Positions 1 to 12,139 of a DNA stretch of 64,000 bases are shown here, one piece after another. Made by a program: the position numbers and the translations under genes. The stretch's first letter is position 1. Every line of letters starts with the position of its first letter. Below the pieces are notes generated by a model that ran no database searches, was not told the origin of the DNA, and was given only the letters and a program-made list of their open reading frames with translations. This stretch comes from Octopus vulgaris (Eukaryota): positions 67,890,001 to 67,954,000 of the forward strand of contig OX597827.1 in assembly GCA_951406725.2 (NCBI GenBank), given 5' to 3'.

Positions 1-8
1 CCTGCGCC

Positions 9-40
<32 letters not shown>

Positions 41-85
41 TATGTACAATATTATATATGTGTATGTATGTGTGCACACACATAA

Positions 86-130
<45 letters not shown>

Positions 131-369
131 CACTGCTGAAAATCGTGTTTGTTTTACAAAGCACAACAAAATATTGTATATTTTGATGTGCTTTTTTTTT
201 ATTAATGCTATGTATTTGTGTGAGTGAATGAATGTAGTTAGGTAGGTATGTAGGTAGGTAGGTATTTATGCACGTATTTTAAGGGGGATTACAGTAAAAA
301 ATTATATATGAATTAATAATAATTGTGGGAATTAAGCCAATGAGGAAAGACTGAAGTTTTTAAGAGCTT

Positions 370-2330
370 GTCTAATCCGGAGAGTTGGGTGCTCTCCAGT
401 TCGATAACAGAAAATTGCTGAGATGGTTGCATCTTGTGAAAATCTCTGACCCCATTTTCAGTGGATCGGTGGAGTTCTTCAATTTAAAATGTGTATGAGT
501 TATTTCGGCTTTACAAATACTGCATCTACGTGACCCGTTATTGTATGTAGATCGTTCAACGATGTTCCACTTGATGATGTGTGGTGGGGAGGAGTACTTC
601 TCGCCTTCAGGTTGCAGATGTGACTTGCTAGCATGTAGGTTTTCTTCTTGTCATATGTACCAGAAAAAAGGCTTATCTTTTTTCTGAAGTCACTTTCACA
701 TAGTCCAATACATTTTTTCTTCTCGGCTTCTTTATTTGATAGAACTGAAGTGATCTCGACATCGTATACAACTGAGTTAATTATACATGCTTGGTCGAGT
801 GGACAAGTATCCAGGTTCCTGAGTTTAATGTTTGGAGAGGTCGTCTCGTGTGAATTACAGGTAATAATGTTTGTCATGTTGGGACATCAGCTTTAAAGAA
901 CTTTCACAAAATACCTAACAAAAGATTTTCTTATATCTATGGCTATCCGGGAAATGCGTATCTATCAAGGCTAGGAATTTCCCATCTATGTTTGTCTTAA
1001 CATTCAAAGAGAAAGTGAGGGACGTGCCATATAATCTTTTTTAGGCATCTCTCATTTTACGGTCATAGTGCAAGTTAACTTCTAGTTAAAACTGTTCATG
1101 ACCAGGGCGTTATTATTGTAGGAGAGCTGCCTAATCGAATATTTCCTAAAAGGAGGGGAGATTTTATATCCTATTACTAATATTGGCTATAAGGTTTTTA
1201 AAGTCGTTAGGTGGGTGACAAGACTGTTTGTGTATATATGTAATTTTTTCATTGGGTTTATGGTAAAGCTTGTAAGAGTATTAGTTTTGGTCTTAGCAAG
1301 CATCTAAGAAATAAAGTTTAGTGAGATTTTTGTTTATTGTAATACAGATATCTAATTTGCTAAATGTAGAAATGACATTTTTCCTAAATGTATCGAGGGT
1401 ATGACCATCGCAGCTGTGGGATATGCTTCATACAGTATCATAGTATTCTCCAATACTATGGGGGGGGGAGCTTTAAATATTAAGATATTGATTTAAGCGG
1501 TCCTACTAGATCAAATATGTCAGTACTTTCATACAAATCCATCGATACATCAAATACTTCTCCTCGTTCAGATTCTAGACCCCTGCTGAACTCTTACAAA
1601 AAAGAGAGCTTTTCGTGCATGCATGATAAAGTCAAGATCTGTTTGATCAATGGTGACATTTTTGCTTTGTCCAACAAGTACCTCGATCGAAGTGAAAGAA
1701 TCCACATTGTCGATTGGTCTAAATTTAGCTCTATACTTGTATTTTATATTCCTAAACTTGTCTAAAACAGTATTACTTTTTTACCATTGCTGTACTTTTT
1801 GTAGCTTCTTAATTCTATTATTAATATGATTTAGTAATTTTGGGGCTACTAAACCTATTTCACTTCTAGTGGGGTCTATAAGTCTACAGGTGGGCTCGTG
1901 GCCAAAGTTGTGTTCGTGCTCACTTAAAGTTAAATGGGTTTTTCTTTTAGTTTACGATGTTGAACCGAATAATTTGCCATATTTGTTCCCGAGGCCTAAA
2001 AGGATGGTATTAATTCACCGTCTGGTCTGACAACACCACTTGTCATATTGGATCCATTCAGAGAAGTTTCACTCTGTTGCAAGCACCCAGGTCAGGACTC
2101 CAGTTTGAACAATCCTTCTTCCATCTCACTCGCCAGTCTCGGAGTCTCTGCACAGTTCATATCCACTGCCTTCTCTTCTGGTTACACGATAAAAAAAAGA
2201 CATATCTTAGACGAGCGAAGATTTATTCTAAATACAATCTCAAGTTTAGTCTTTGTTTGTTTTGCTTCACCAAGTTACAATGTTGTGCAACTACATTGAA
2301 AGTTATATTTAAGGCATGCTTTTGTTCCAG
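370..2330 (-). pseudogene. Decayed Penelope-like element (PLE): reverse transcriptase plus C-terminal GIY-YIG endonuclease
   Basis: Manual minus-strand translation across frameshifts gives PLE motifs in the right order: HNFGHEPTCRLIDPTRSEIG (~1920-1855), IMHARKALFF...VFDVSMDLYESTDIFDLVG (~1630-1500), ITINKNLTKLYFLD (~1345-1303), YHKPNEKITYIHKQSCHPP (~1266-1210), SLNVKTNIDGKFLALIDTHFPDSHRYKKIF (~1010-921), CPLDQACIINSVVY...CIGLCESDF (ORF 500-877), IKWNIV..YNNGSRRCSIC and SEIFTRCNHLSNFLL (~450-405). Many stops and frameshifts. Confidence 0.85.
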
Positions 2331-2569
2331 GACAATCGCCATGTTTGAGCAGCAATTTAGAATTTTTTATTTTCCCTCCATATTTGTCCTCGTAGTTTTT
2401 ATCTACCTGGTCTCTCTATACCATTTTCTGTCTTTTCTTTGCTGTTTTTTTTTTGTTGTTTTGTTTTGTTTTGTTTTATTGTATTCTTTTTCTTGGGTTT
2501 TACATTCAGATATATACTATATGTGTGTGTGAATGTTTGTGTGTATACATATATATGGAAGATAGATAG

Positions 2570-2600
2570 ACAGATATATATATATAGATAGATAGATAGG

Positions 2601-2660
<60 letters not shown>

Positions 2661-2735
2661 CATACAGACAGACAGGCAGACAGAAAGGTAGATAGACAGA
2701 CAAATAGATACATACATACATACATACATACATAC

Positions 2736-2766
<31 letters not shown>

Positions 2767-2789
2767 TACAGGCAGGCAGGCAGGCAAAC

Positions 2790-2860
<71 letters not shown>

Positions 2861-2880
2861 CAGATAGATAGACAAATAGA
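2570..2880. repeat. (GATA)n/(GACA)n/(TACA)n compound microsatellite
   Basis: Directly visible. Confidence 0.95.
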
Positions 2881-3129
2881 CGGAAGTTGACAGTACACGG
2901 GCTGGAACCAATGAAAGTAAAAAAATAAGAACACATAAATGTGTATGTGTGTGTGTGTGTGTGTGTGCGTGTGTGTGTACATTGCTGTTTACGTGCGTGT
3001 GTTTGCGTACGTGCTGATAATATGTGTGTGCGCTTACAACTAAAATTGTATGAATGGAACTAGTTGGACGACGTAAAGATTGATAAATACAAGAATGGAA
3101 TAAAAACATGAATAGAAAATTCAAGTAAT

Positions 3130-3258
3130 TAATATTACTATTATTGTTATTATTATTATCATTATTATTATTATTATTGTTATTAATATTATTATTATTA
3201 TTATTATTGTTGTTGTTATTATTATTATTACTATTATTGTTATAATTATTATTATTAA

Positions 3259-3289
<31 letters not shown>

Positions 3290-3320
3290 GTTATTAATAT
3301 TATTATTATTTTTATTGTTG

Positions 3321-3370
<50 letters not shown>
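3130..3370. repeat. (ATT)n microsatellite
   Basis: Directly visible. Confidence 0.95.
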
Positions 3371-3372
<2 letters not shown>

Positions 3373-3386
3373 AAATACCACATATA

Positions 3387-3753
3387 CAGTGGTTAGGGCA
3401 GCGGACTCGCGGTCATAGGATCGCGGTTTCGATTCCCAGACCGAGCGTTTTGAGTGTTTATTGAGCGAAAACACCTAAAAGCTCCACGAGGCTCCGGCAG
3501 GGGATGGTGGTGATCCCTGCTGTACTCTTTCACCACAACTTTCTCTCACTCTTACTTCCTGTTTCTGTTGTACCTGTATTTCAAGGGGCCGGCCTTGTCA
3601 CTCTGTGTCACACTGAATATTCCCGAGAACTACGTTAAGGGTACACGTGTCTGTGGAGTGCTCAGCCACTTACACGTTAATTTCACGAGCAGGCTGTTCC
3701 GTTGATTCGGATCAACCGGAACCCTCATCGTCGTAACCGACGGAGTGCTTCCA
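3387..3753 (+). mobile_element. tRNA-derived SINE family B, slightly 5'-truncated
   Basis: Near-identical to copies at 7596-7982 and 36653-37042; B box GGTTTCGATTCCC. Confidence 0.85.
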
Positions 3754-3779
3754 TTACACATACATGTATGTATTTCTTT

Positions 3780-4158
3780 ATTCTTTTACTTGTTAAACTG
3801 CCGCCATGCTGGAGCACCTCCTTGAAGCGTTTACTTCAAACAAATCAACACCGGTACCTGTTTTTTTTAATTTTCTTTATTTCTTTTAGTAAGCCTGTAA
3901 GCCTACTAGTTATTCAATTGATTGCTTTTCAGAGAACTCCTAAGTTACGGGGACGCATACAAACCAACACCGGTTTACTAGCGGAGGTGGAAGAAAACAG
4001 GCCTACACACAAGCATATATGTATGCAATGGTCTTCTTTCAGTTTCTGTCTACCAAATCCACGGTCTACCCATGGCTCGGCTAGGGTGTCACGTAGTGGG
4101 ACTGAACCCGGAACCATGTGACTGGGAAGCACACTTCTTACCACATAGCCACGCCTAT
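3780..4158 (-). mobile_element. SINE family A, diverged copy
   Basis: Reverse-complement similarity to 4647-5050. Confidence 0.7.
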
Positions 4159-4162
4159 GACT

Positions 4163-4294
4163 GACTTTCCCTTTCATCCTTTCGGGGTCGATAAATTAAG
4201 TACCAGTTACGCACTGGGGTCGATGTAATCGACTTAATCCGTTTGTCTGTCCTTGTTTGTCCCCTCTGTGTGTAGCCCCTTGTGGGTAGTAAAG

Positions 4295-4298
<4 letters not shown>
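4163..4298 (+). mobile_element. SINE family C, 3' half
   Basis: CTTTCATCCTTTCGGGGTCGATAAATTAAGTACCAG body and GCCCCTTGTGGG..TAAAGAAA tail, as at 6682-7096. Confidence 0.8.
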
Positions 4299-4332
<34 letters not shown>

Positions 4333-4338
4333 TTATAT

Positions 4339-4383
<45 letters not shown>

Positions 4384-4419
4384 TTACACATGTGTGTATG
4401 TATATATATATATATATGT

Positions 4420-4630
4420 GTGTGTGTCTGTATTTGTCTCCCACCCACCATCGCTTGACAACCGATGTTGGTGTGTTTGCTTCTCCGTAATCTAGCGGCT
4501 CGGCAAAAAGCGACCGATAGAATATAAGTACTAGGTTTACAAAAGAATAAGTCTTGGAGTCGATTTGTTCGATTAAAAGGCGGTGCTCCAGCATGGCCGC
4601 AGTCAGACGACTGAAACAAGTAAAAGAAAA
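4420..4630 (+). mobile_element. SINE family A, 3' half
   Basis: Matches 4850-5050. Confidence 0.8.
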
Positions 4631-4646
4631 AAGTATGTATATATAT

Positions 4647-5050
4647 AGGCGCAGGAGTGGCTGTGTGATAAGTAGCTTGTTTACCAACCACATGGTTCCG
4701 GGTTCAGTCCCACTGCGTGGCACCTTGGGCAAGTGTCTCTTCTACTATAGCCTCGGACCGACCAAAGCCTTGTGAGTGGATTTGGTAGACGGAAACTGAA
4801 AGAAGCCCGTCGTATATATGTATATATATATATATGTGTGTGTGTGTTTGTGTGTCTGTGTTTGTCCCCCTAGCATTGCTTGACAACCGATGCTGGTGTG
4901 TTTATGTCCCCGTTACTGAGCGGTTCGGCAAAAGAGACCGATAGAATAAGTACCATGCTTACAAAAGAATAAGTCCCGGTGTCGAGTTGCTCGATTAAAA
5001 GGCGGTGCTCCAGCATGGCCGCAGTCAAATGACTGAAACAAGAAAAAGAA
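4647..5050 (+). mobile_element. tRNA-derived SINE family A, full length, with CORE-like segment and internal (TA)/(TG) microsatellite
   Basis: A box TGGCTGTGTGA/G, B box GGTTCAGTCCC, CACCTTGGGCAAGTG segment resembling the CORE domain; about 20 full or partial copies in the window. Confidence 0.9.
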
Positions 5051-5362
5051 AAAAGTATATATATATATATATATATATATATCTATATATAATATATATA
5101 TATATACACATGTAGGTATATATAAATACACGCGCGCGTACACACGAACACACGTATTCACAAATACACTCACGCACATGCATACACACACACACACGTT
5201 ATTGTACCCTACTTATTCGAGTCACATGTTTCTTAATTACACCTGCTTCACTTTTACTTTTCTCTCTCTCTCTCTCTCTCTCTCACTTTCCTTCCTTCTC
5301 TCTCCCTCACTTTCCTTCCTTCTCTCTCCCCTTCTCTCACACTATATCTCTTAACCCCCTCC

Positions 5363-5395
<33 letters not shown>

Positions 5396-5502
5396 CACTA
5401 GGAAAACCGTGAACTTAACTACTCTACGCTCTCGTTCTGCTTTCGGACGTCAGCCGTTCATTCACCATGCACACAAATCTTTTGTTGCTTTTGTTGTGTG
5501 TG

Positions 5503-5503
5503 T

Positions 5504-5534
<31 letters not shown>

Positions 5535-5626
5535 CAGCAGCTATAGCCGCGGCAAATGTAGCAGTAGTAGTTATAGTAAAACTTATAGTAGTAGTAGTAT
5601 TTGTTGTAGTAGTAGTAGTATTTGTT

Positions 5627-5669
<43 letters not shown>

Positions 5670-5787
5670 CAGCTATAATAGTAGTAGTAATGGTGGTGGT
5701 GGTGGTGGTGGTGGTGATGATGGTAGTAGTAGTAGGAGGAGGAGCATCAGTAGCGGCTATAGCAGCAGCAGCAGTAGCAGCAGCAGC

Positions 5788-5839
<52 letters not shown>

Positions 5840-5970
5840 ACAGCAGCAGCAGTACGGCTATTGAAGTAGTAGTAGTAGTAGTAGTAGCAGCAGCAGCAGC
5901 TATAATAGTAGTAGTAATGGTGGTTAGTGGTAGTAGTACTAGTGGTAATGGTGGTTGTAGTAGTATTTGT
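5503..5970. repeat. (AGT)n/(GGT)n/(AGC)n trinucleotide tract
   Basis: Directly visible. Confidence 0.9.
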
Positions 5971-6114
5971 AGCCGTGGCTTTTCCTGTTACCCGGCTTGG
6001 GTTTTTTTTATCTCCTTTCTTGTCGAGCGCTCGTTCAGGAATTCGAACCCGTTTAACAAGTTATATTACTGCATTTTTCCAGACATTTATGCACACACCG
6101 CACACGCACACACA

Positions 6115-6158
<44 letters not shown>

Positions 6159-6319
6159 CACATGTACAGGCACACACACACACACACACATCTACAAGCA
6201 CGCACGCGGGCGCAATACGAACGACAGCAACGCGCAAGTGTTTGCACAGATTAAATTTTAAGAGAAGTACGACAAATCATAAAGTAATCATAGTATATGT
6301 ATATAACAAAGGTGTCTGT

Positions 6320-6485
6320 AGGTGCAGGCGTGGCAGTGTCATAAGAGATCTACTTCCTAACTACATGGTACAGGGTCCCATCCTACTGCGTTGCATCTTG
6401 GACATGTGCCTTCTACGATTACCCTGGAACTCCGAATTAACCAAAGCCTTGAGAGTAGATTTCGTAGACGGTAAACTGAAGGAAG
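6320..6485 (+). mobile_element. SINE family A, diverged 5' half
   Basis: Similarity to 4647-4810. Confidence 0.65.
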
Positions 6486-6681
6486 TGAATAATATATATA
6501 TTATGCTCTTGGTCTGTAGCGGGCAATTTAAGGAACCCCAGCATCACCACCACCACCACCACTACCACTCAGGATTTTTGAAATCTAACGCATGGTAGAG
6601 ATTATCGAAAATATTTATTCTGTCCTTTTTATACTGTCTAAAATGCGATCCCACTTTCACCTGAAAGCTACGAGTACATCT

Positions 6682-7096
6682 GCGGCGAGCTGGCAGAAAC
6701 GTTAGCATGCCGGGCGAAATGCGTAGCCGTATTTCGTCTGCCGTTACGTTCTGAGTTCAAATTCAGCCGAGGTCGATTTTGCCTTTCATCCTTTTGGGGT
6801 CGATTAAATAAGTACCAGTTACGCACTGGGGTCGATATAATCGACTTAATCCGTTTGTCTGTCCTTGTTTGTCCTCTCTGTGTTTAGCCCCTTATGGGTT
6901 GTAAAGAAATAGGTATTTTGTCTGCCGTTACGTTCTGAGTTCAAATTCCGTCGAGGTCGACTTTGCTTTTCATCCTTTCGGGGTGGATAAATTAAGTACC
7001 AGTTACGCACTGGGGGTCGATATAATCGACTTAATCCGTTTGTCTGTCCTTGTTTGTCCTCTCTGTATTTAGCCCCTTGTGGGCAATAAAGAAATA
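6682..7096 (+). mobile_element. tRNA-derived SINE family C with tandem duplication of body and tail
   Basis: A box TGGCAGAAACG, B box GAGTTCAAATTC; 6729-6911 is repeated at 6913-7096. Confidence 0.85.
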
Positions 7097-7099
7097 TAT

Positions 7100-8530
7100 A
7101 TCTTTCAAGAGCTTTATTTAAACTCTGTTGATCTTGCGAAGAACTGGAGGTTTTATTTCGTTCAAGGTGGGGAACTGGTTCCTCCTCACAGAATATTTTA
7201 GCTGCCCTTCGTATGAATTGAGCTCTCAGTGCAGGTGGGGGTATAGTATCTCGTGTCTTTTAGAGATTTGCTGGGATGGGTTCTCTTCTTTTCTTTTCTT
7301 TGCTTTTTGTTTAAGAAGTCTGCGTAACCCCACTTCGGCTTCCGTCTGGATCCCATCCTTATATGGGAAGACGGTGGTACTGTTATGAGGGGTTACTTCC
7401 TGTTCATTTACTCCTACCTATTATTGTTTCTGTGAGTCACTACCCTTTTCTTCACCGATTGTCACAGGGGTGTGGAGGATTGTTAGGTCTCATGGTTCGT
7501 TAGTAGTAATGAGGACAGAACTGTTTTACTTACTGACTCTTACGAATTGTGCCTGATATCGCCTTTGAATCGCCAATCTTCATAATCTTTTATTTGTGGA
7601 GGCGCAATGGCCCAGTGGTTAGGGCAGCGGACTCGCGGTCGTAGGATCGCGGTTTCGATTCCCAGACTGGGCGTTGTGAGTGTTTATTGAGCGAAAACAC
7701 CTAAAGCTCCACGAGGCTCCGGCAGGGATGGTGGTGATCCCTGCTGTACTCTTTCACCACAACTTTCTCTCACTCTTACTTCCTGTTTCTGTTGTACCTG
7801 TATTTCAAAGGGCCGGCCTTGTCGCTCTCTGTGTCACGCTGAATATCCCCGAGAACTGCGTTAAGGGTACACGTGTCTGTGGAGTGCTCAGCCACTTACA
7901 CGTTAATTTCACGAGCAGGCTGTTCCGTTGATCGGATCAACCGGAACCCTCGTCGTCGTAACCGACGGAGTGCTTCCATCCCAATCTTTTATTTCTTGTT
8001 AGTTTTGCTCTTTGATTCATTCTGTGCAGAAAGTTCTTAAATGAGTTTTGCTTCCACATATGTAGCGCTTGGTCTTTTACTTTGGATGGTGAGTTTTTAA
8101 GCTCTTCATCTAAGCACACTACAGGGACACGGCTCTTGTATTGCTTCTGGGTTTTCAGGGTTATGAGGACTTGTATGTTCCGGGTAATCCCTCCCCACCA
8201 CATGTCACCGAAAGTTACTCTGCATCGATTACCTACCTCTATTGTCTTACGAAGGTGACTAACTTCTAACCACGAAGGTGACATCGTCACCCATGTCCTT
8301 GATTATAACCTTTGTGTTTCTCCTTCCCAAATGTTGTGTGACTAGCCTATGAACTATTGCACCAAGTAGAATTTGGGTTTGCTTTTTAGCGCCACACCTT
8401 GTTTAAAAGATAACAGTTACTATTTGTTCCACTGCCATCTCCTTGTGAAGCAGATTACACTTCAAATATCCTTTAGAAGTATCTTTATATCTTGCTTGGA
8501 TGGCATAAATATGTCCCTAATGTAAAGTCA
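7100..8530 (-). pseudogene. Decayed LINE ORF1 (gag-like, probably L1/Tx1 clade) interrupted by a SINE B
   Basis: 8067-8026 (-) reads RYICGSKTHLRTFC, a CX2CX4HX4C zinc knuckle with the first Cys mutated (TGC to CGC); high-complexity sequence continues on both sides of the SINE; boundaries approximate. Confidence 0.5.
7596..7982 (+). mobile_element. tRNA-derived SINE family B, full length, 12-bp TSD
   Basis: A box TGGCCCAGTGG, B box GGTTTCGATTCCC; AATCTTTTATTT duplicated at 7584-7595 and 7983-7994. Confidence 0.9.
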
Positions 8531-8542
8531 CAAAAAATCCTC

Positions 8543-8574
<32 letters not shown>

Positions 8575-8684
8575 AATGTATATATATATATATACCCTCC
8601 TTCCCTTTTTCCTGCGCGCCTAATAATAATAATACTTTAATTGTTCCACGTGTTGTTGTTTTTTCTGTTTTCCCGTTTGGATTA

Positions 8685-8803
<119 letters not shown>

Positions 8804-9014
8804 GTAAAAAGTAAAAAAATATATACAAACTGGGACAAGAACATGAAACACCTAGAAGACGACACAAGAACCACAGGACGGGACATTCGAAGCCCTCAGT
8901 CATCAGTCAAGAACCGAATCATCTTCGCAATTTCGGCTGATTAATCTTGAGATTGCTCCGACCTGGGCAGCCCCGAAGGGAAATCTAAGCCAAGCGCATT
9001 AGATCCCTTGATAC

Positions 9015-9170
9015 GAGGGCCTTCTTTCAATATCAGTCTACCAAATCCACTCACAAGGTTTTGGTTGGCCCAAAGCTATAGTAAAAGACACTTGCCTCAG
9101 GTGACATGCAATGGGACTGAACCCAGAACCATGTAGTTGGGAAGCAAACGTGTTACCACACACCTGCGCT
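9015..9170 (-). mobile_element. SINE family A, 5' half
   Basis: Reverse complement of family A head. Confidence 0.75.
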
Positions 9171-10009
9171 TAAAAGTACATACATATATATATATATAAT
9201 GCATATACAAGTACATATATACAAATGTGTACGTGCGTATTGTACTTACATAGACGTGTAAATTAAAACACACAAGCATTCCTATTGACATTGTTTTGCG
9301 TATCTTTCTCCAGTGTATTGAAAGGGTTTTAATTCGCTTGCTTGAACCTATTTAAACTTAAACTATTGCAGATTAAAGAACGAAATCACTTAAAACATCA
9401 ACACCAACAACAACAAGTAAAACAAAACCATGTCTTACAAAACCGAAAGAAAAACTCCAAAAATCAACATCGAAAATATCACCGCAAAAACATATGCCAT
9501 TAAGTAGACTTGCCTTATTTTATATTGTCTATTGTTTTTATTTATTTATTTATTGTGTTATTTTTCTTCAAAGAAACTCGCTTGCACTGGAAGACACATA
9601 GAGGACAAAATCTTGACATCTTGTTAAACGGTGTAAGTCATTTGTCGGTATGGGTTTTCTCCCTTGAACAATTTGTCCAAATGTCAAATTGTGACGTGTT
9701 ATTATTTTTGTTAATTCTCATTGCATTTCATTTTACTCTAAGTGTTTTTTATTTGTTTTTGTTCAGGATGAGATGTCGAGTACTTTCTCGAACTATTTTA
9801 TACTTTTGTGCTGTTGTTGTTGTTGTCGCCCTTCTTGTTATTGTCGTTGTCGTCGTCGACGACCTTATTGCTTTACTTTCACTACAGTTTTGTTCCATAT
9901 GATATTGAGTGCGACATTGTTAAAACACGTGTTCGTATACACACACTTCACACTCATATGTCCAATCAAATACACACATAGAGACACACAAACACACGTA
10001 CATACATAC

Positions 10010-10250
10010 ATACTTAAATGCTTAAAGGAGAATCTGGATAAACTGGGATTTTCATAAAGAGAAATCGACCGGCCAATTCGTACATTACAAGTGCAATCTG
10101 TGAGTGGAACAGTAAATATATGCAAAACTTTTCTCAAGCTCCAAGTGTGACTTTGTCTGTGTTAACTACATCCCAAAGATGGAACTTTGTAGCTTTGTTG
10201 GAAACCGGCTCCCTCTTCAGTGGATGATTTATAATAATTAAAAAATAGAA
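10010..10250 (+). pseudogene. 3' fragment of an RLE-clade (R2/R4/NeSL-like) non-LTR retrotransposon
   Basis: LKCLKENLDKLGFS*REIDRPIRTLQVQSVSGTVNICKTF, homologous to the fragment at 10274-10697. Confidence 0.6.
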
Positions 10251-10273
10251 GATACATATATACATACACACAT

Positions 10274-10697
10274 GTTAACATAAAACTAAAAATCAGTGAA
10301 AAAGAAAATACTTAAGCTGAACTATTGAGAAATCTACAATTGCACTATCCAGACTTACACGTTCAGGCTTATACCTACAATTATTGGGGCACTGGGATAT
10401 GTGACACACCGCCTAAATACCAATCTTGAGTAACTAGGCTTCTCAAAACCAGAAAAGAGAAAGCTGATTGGAAGACTACAGATCCAAGCCATCACTGGAA
10501 CTGTAAAAATCTGTAAGACTTTCCAAAAGTTTATCATTTATATATATGCGCATGTCTAGACATGCAACTATATGCATGACAATGAACACATAAAGCAAAA
10601 CATACAAATCTACACACACAAAATACACACACACATACATACATATCCTGTTGACGTTGTTGAAATTCCAATGAAGGAGCATTGGATCTAGGTTAGA
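10274..10697 (+). pseudogene. 3' fragment of an RLE-clade non-LTR retrotransposon (restriction-like endonuclease C-terminus plus 3' UTR)
   Basis: VNIKLKISEKENT*AELLRNLQLHYPD / IPTIIGALGYVTHRLNTNLE*LGFS...LQIQAITGTVKICKTF fits the EK..Y..L...IP(I/V)IGALG tail of REL domains. Confidence 0.7.
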
Positions 10698-11494
10698 AAG
10701 CGATTCTTCTTCTCCTGCTAATAGTCATCCATACACCAATCTTCACTGCATGTAAGGGTGATTCGACAAACTCGTGAGGATTGTGAGCACTCCAGATGCG
10801 ACTGTTTTGCGAATTTAGGTATCCCGATAGGTGAATCCAAGCCTCGTCATTGAAGAAAGTCATGTCAAGTTGGGTGTCATCCATGTTGTCTTGAAACCAT
10901 TTGCAGTAATCCAATCTTTTAAAAAAATCAGCATGAATAAGTTCATATAAGAAAGACACGTGGTATGGGTACAATTTCAGCGATTTGCGAAGAGCAGTAT
11001 GGCAGCTGCCAACATAATCCAATTTCATGAGACAAATGTTGCACAGATTTCCTGGGACTGCGAAGAATTCGTTGACGGATATCTTCCACAACATCATCAG
11101 AAAGGCGGGTACGTCGGCGAACGTGTTTCTTATTTTCTACTGAGCCCGTCTTCCTAAACTTTTTATTCAGAACATTAATCTCCTGTTTTGTTGGCGGAGG
11201 CACCTTTGGATATTCGATCTTAAAATCGGTAACGCAACTGTCAAAGGAATAAATCCGTCGCCCATTGATAAAACGTTCTGATCTAAAATAAGATTCCACA
11301 ATAAATTAACGTTACTGCACTGATAACACCATTACGACTCCAGAAGAAATCTCAAATGAATGCGTTACACTTGTAAAAGGCTAAAATCAATTTGGCATAG
11401 CGAGCCAATCAAAGAGAGCTAATCTGAGCCAATCAGAGAGAGCCAATATTTTGACAGTTAATCAGTCGAGACAACTTTTAAATTGAACACCCTG
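10697..11494 (-). mobile_element. Tc1/mariner transposon, 5' half with frameshifted transposase (DUF4817-type HTH plus start of DDE domain)
   Basis: TA + TIR CAGGGTGTTCAATTTAAAAGT at 11496-11474; ORF 10943-11299 (KFRKTGSV..SPRKSVQHLS); ORF 10693-11097 (FFNDEAWIHLSGYLNSQNSRIWS..NPH..PLH..KIGVW); truncated before the second Asp; CCAATC repeats at 11403-11447. Confidence 0.88.
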
Positions 11495-11587
11495 TAGTCC
11501 TCGGAGTTTCGAATGTCGGAGCGAAGAGCTACGATACATTCTCGTATTATGATGACAACGTTTTACTGTATGTTCAAAATTATAACA

Positions 11588-12139
11588 TCTCATATAAAAT
11601 CCGTTCTGTCTGTCTGTGTGTATGTGTGTCTTCTAGGATCTCGGGCATCTTCCATCCGATTGCGCTCAAATTTGGTATGTAGATACAGACGGTATCACGG
11701 CATGTATAAGTCTTGAAAAAATTACAAAAATCGATTCCAGGGGAGAATGCGATCGATAAAGTCGTTTTTTGTCCTGCTTTTCTTCCGTCAACCTGTACAT
11801 AACTGCACCTTCCATTTTTTGTTGCTTTTGTACTGCTTAAAGGCATGTTTCTTTCCTGCCAAGCTTACTGTTTAAACCATGTTTGTGTTCTCCCGGTCAA
11901 CAGCCTTATCATTACTGTTACTTTAAACTCTTCGGTTGCATATTTGTGTGAATAATATCGCTTTTCTTTGGAATAGAAAAAAAGTCTATCTTTATTTCTT
12001 CTTTTGCTGGTGTCTCAAATTTAGGTTAAATCAGTGTTTCTCAAAGGGGACGGTCGGACAAGCTGTTTTGAGAAAATTTGGTTTAAACGTTTGACAACTC
12101 AGCACCGTCCATTGGACGGGGAAGGGGGCGTTTTGCTCG
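11588..12139 (+). mobile_element. Non-autonomous Helitron-like element
   Basis: A|TC start followed by ATATAAAA and (TGTC)n; subterminal hairpin CCGTCC-ATT-GGACGG at 12105-12119; CTCG|T end (CTRR-like); no TSD. Confidence 0.6.

Noticed and set aside
5467-6261. 264-aa ORF with CACCATG start and signal-peptide-like MHTNLLLLLLCVC
   Set aside because: The rest is (AGT)n/(GGT)n/(CA)n microsatellite translation with no domain
7596-7675. tRNA-like sequences with A and B boxes
   Set aside because: Heads of multi-copy SINEs without a proper acceptor stem; not tRNA genes
8860-8945. CTGATGA and GAAA motifs on the minus strand (similar at 23272, 48620 and 54395-54425)
   Set aside because: Could not build stems I-III in hammerhead register; probably related repeats but not called as ribozymes
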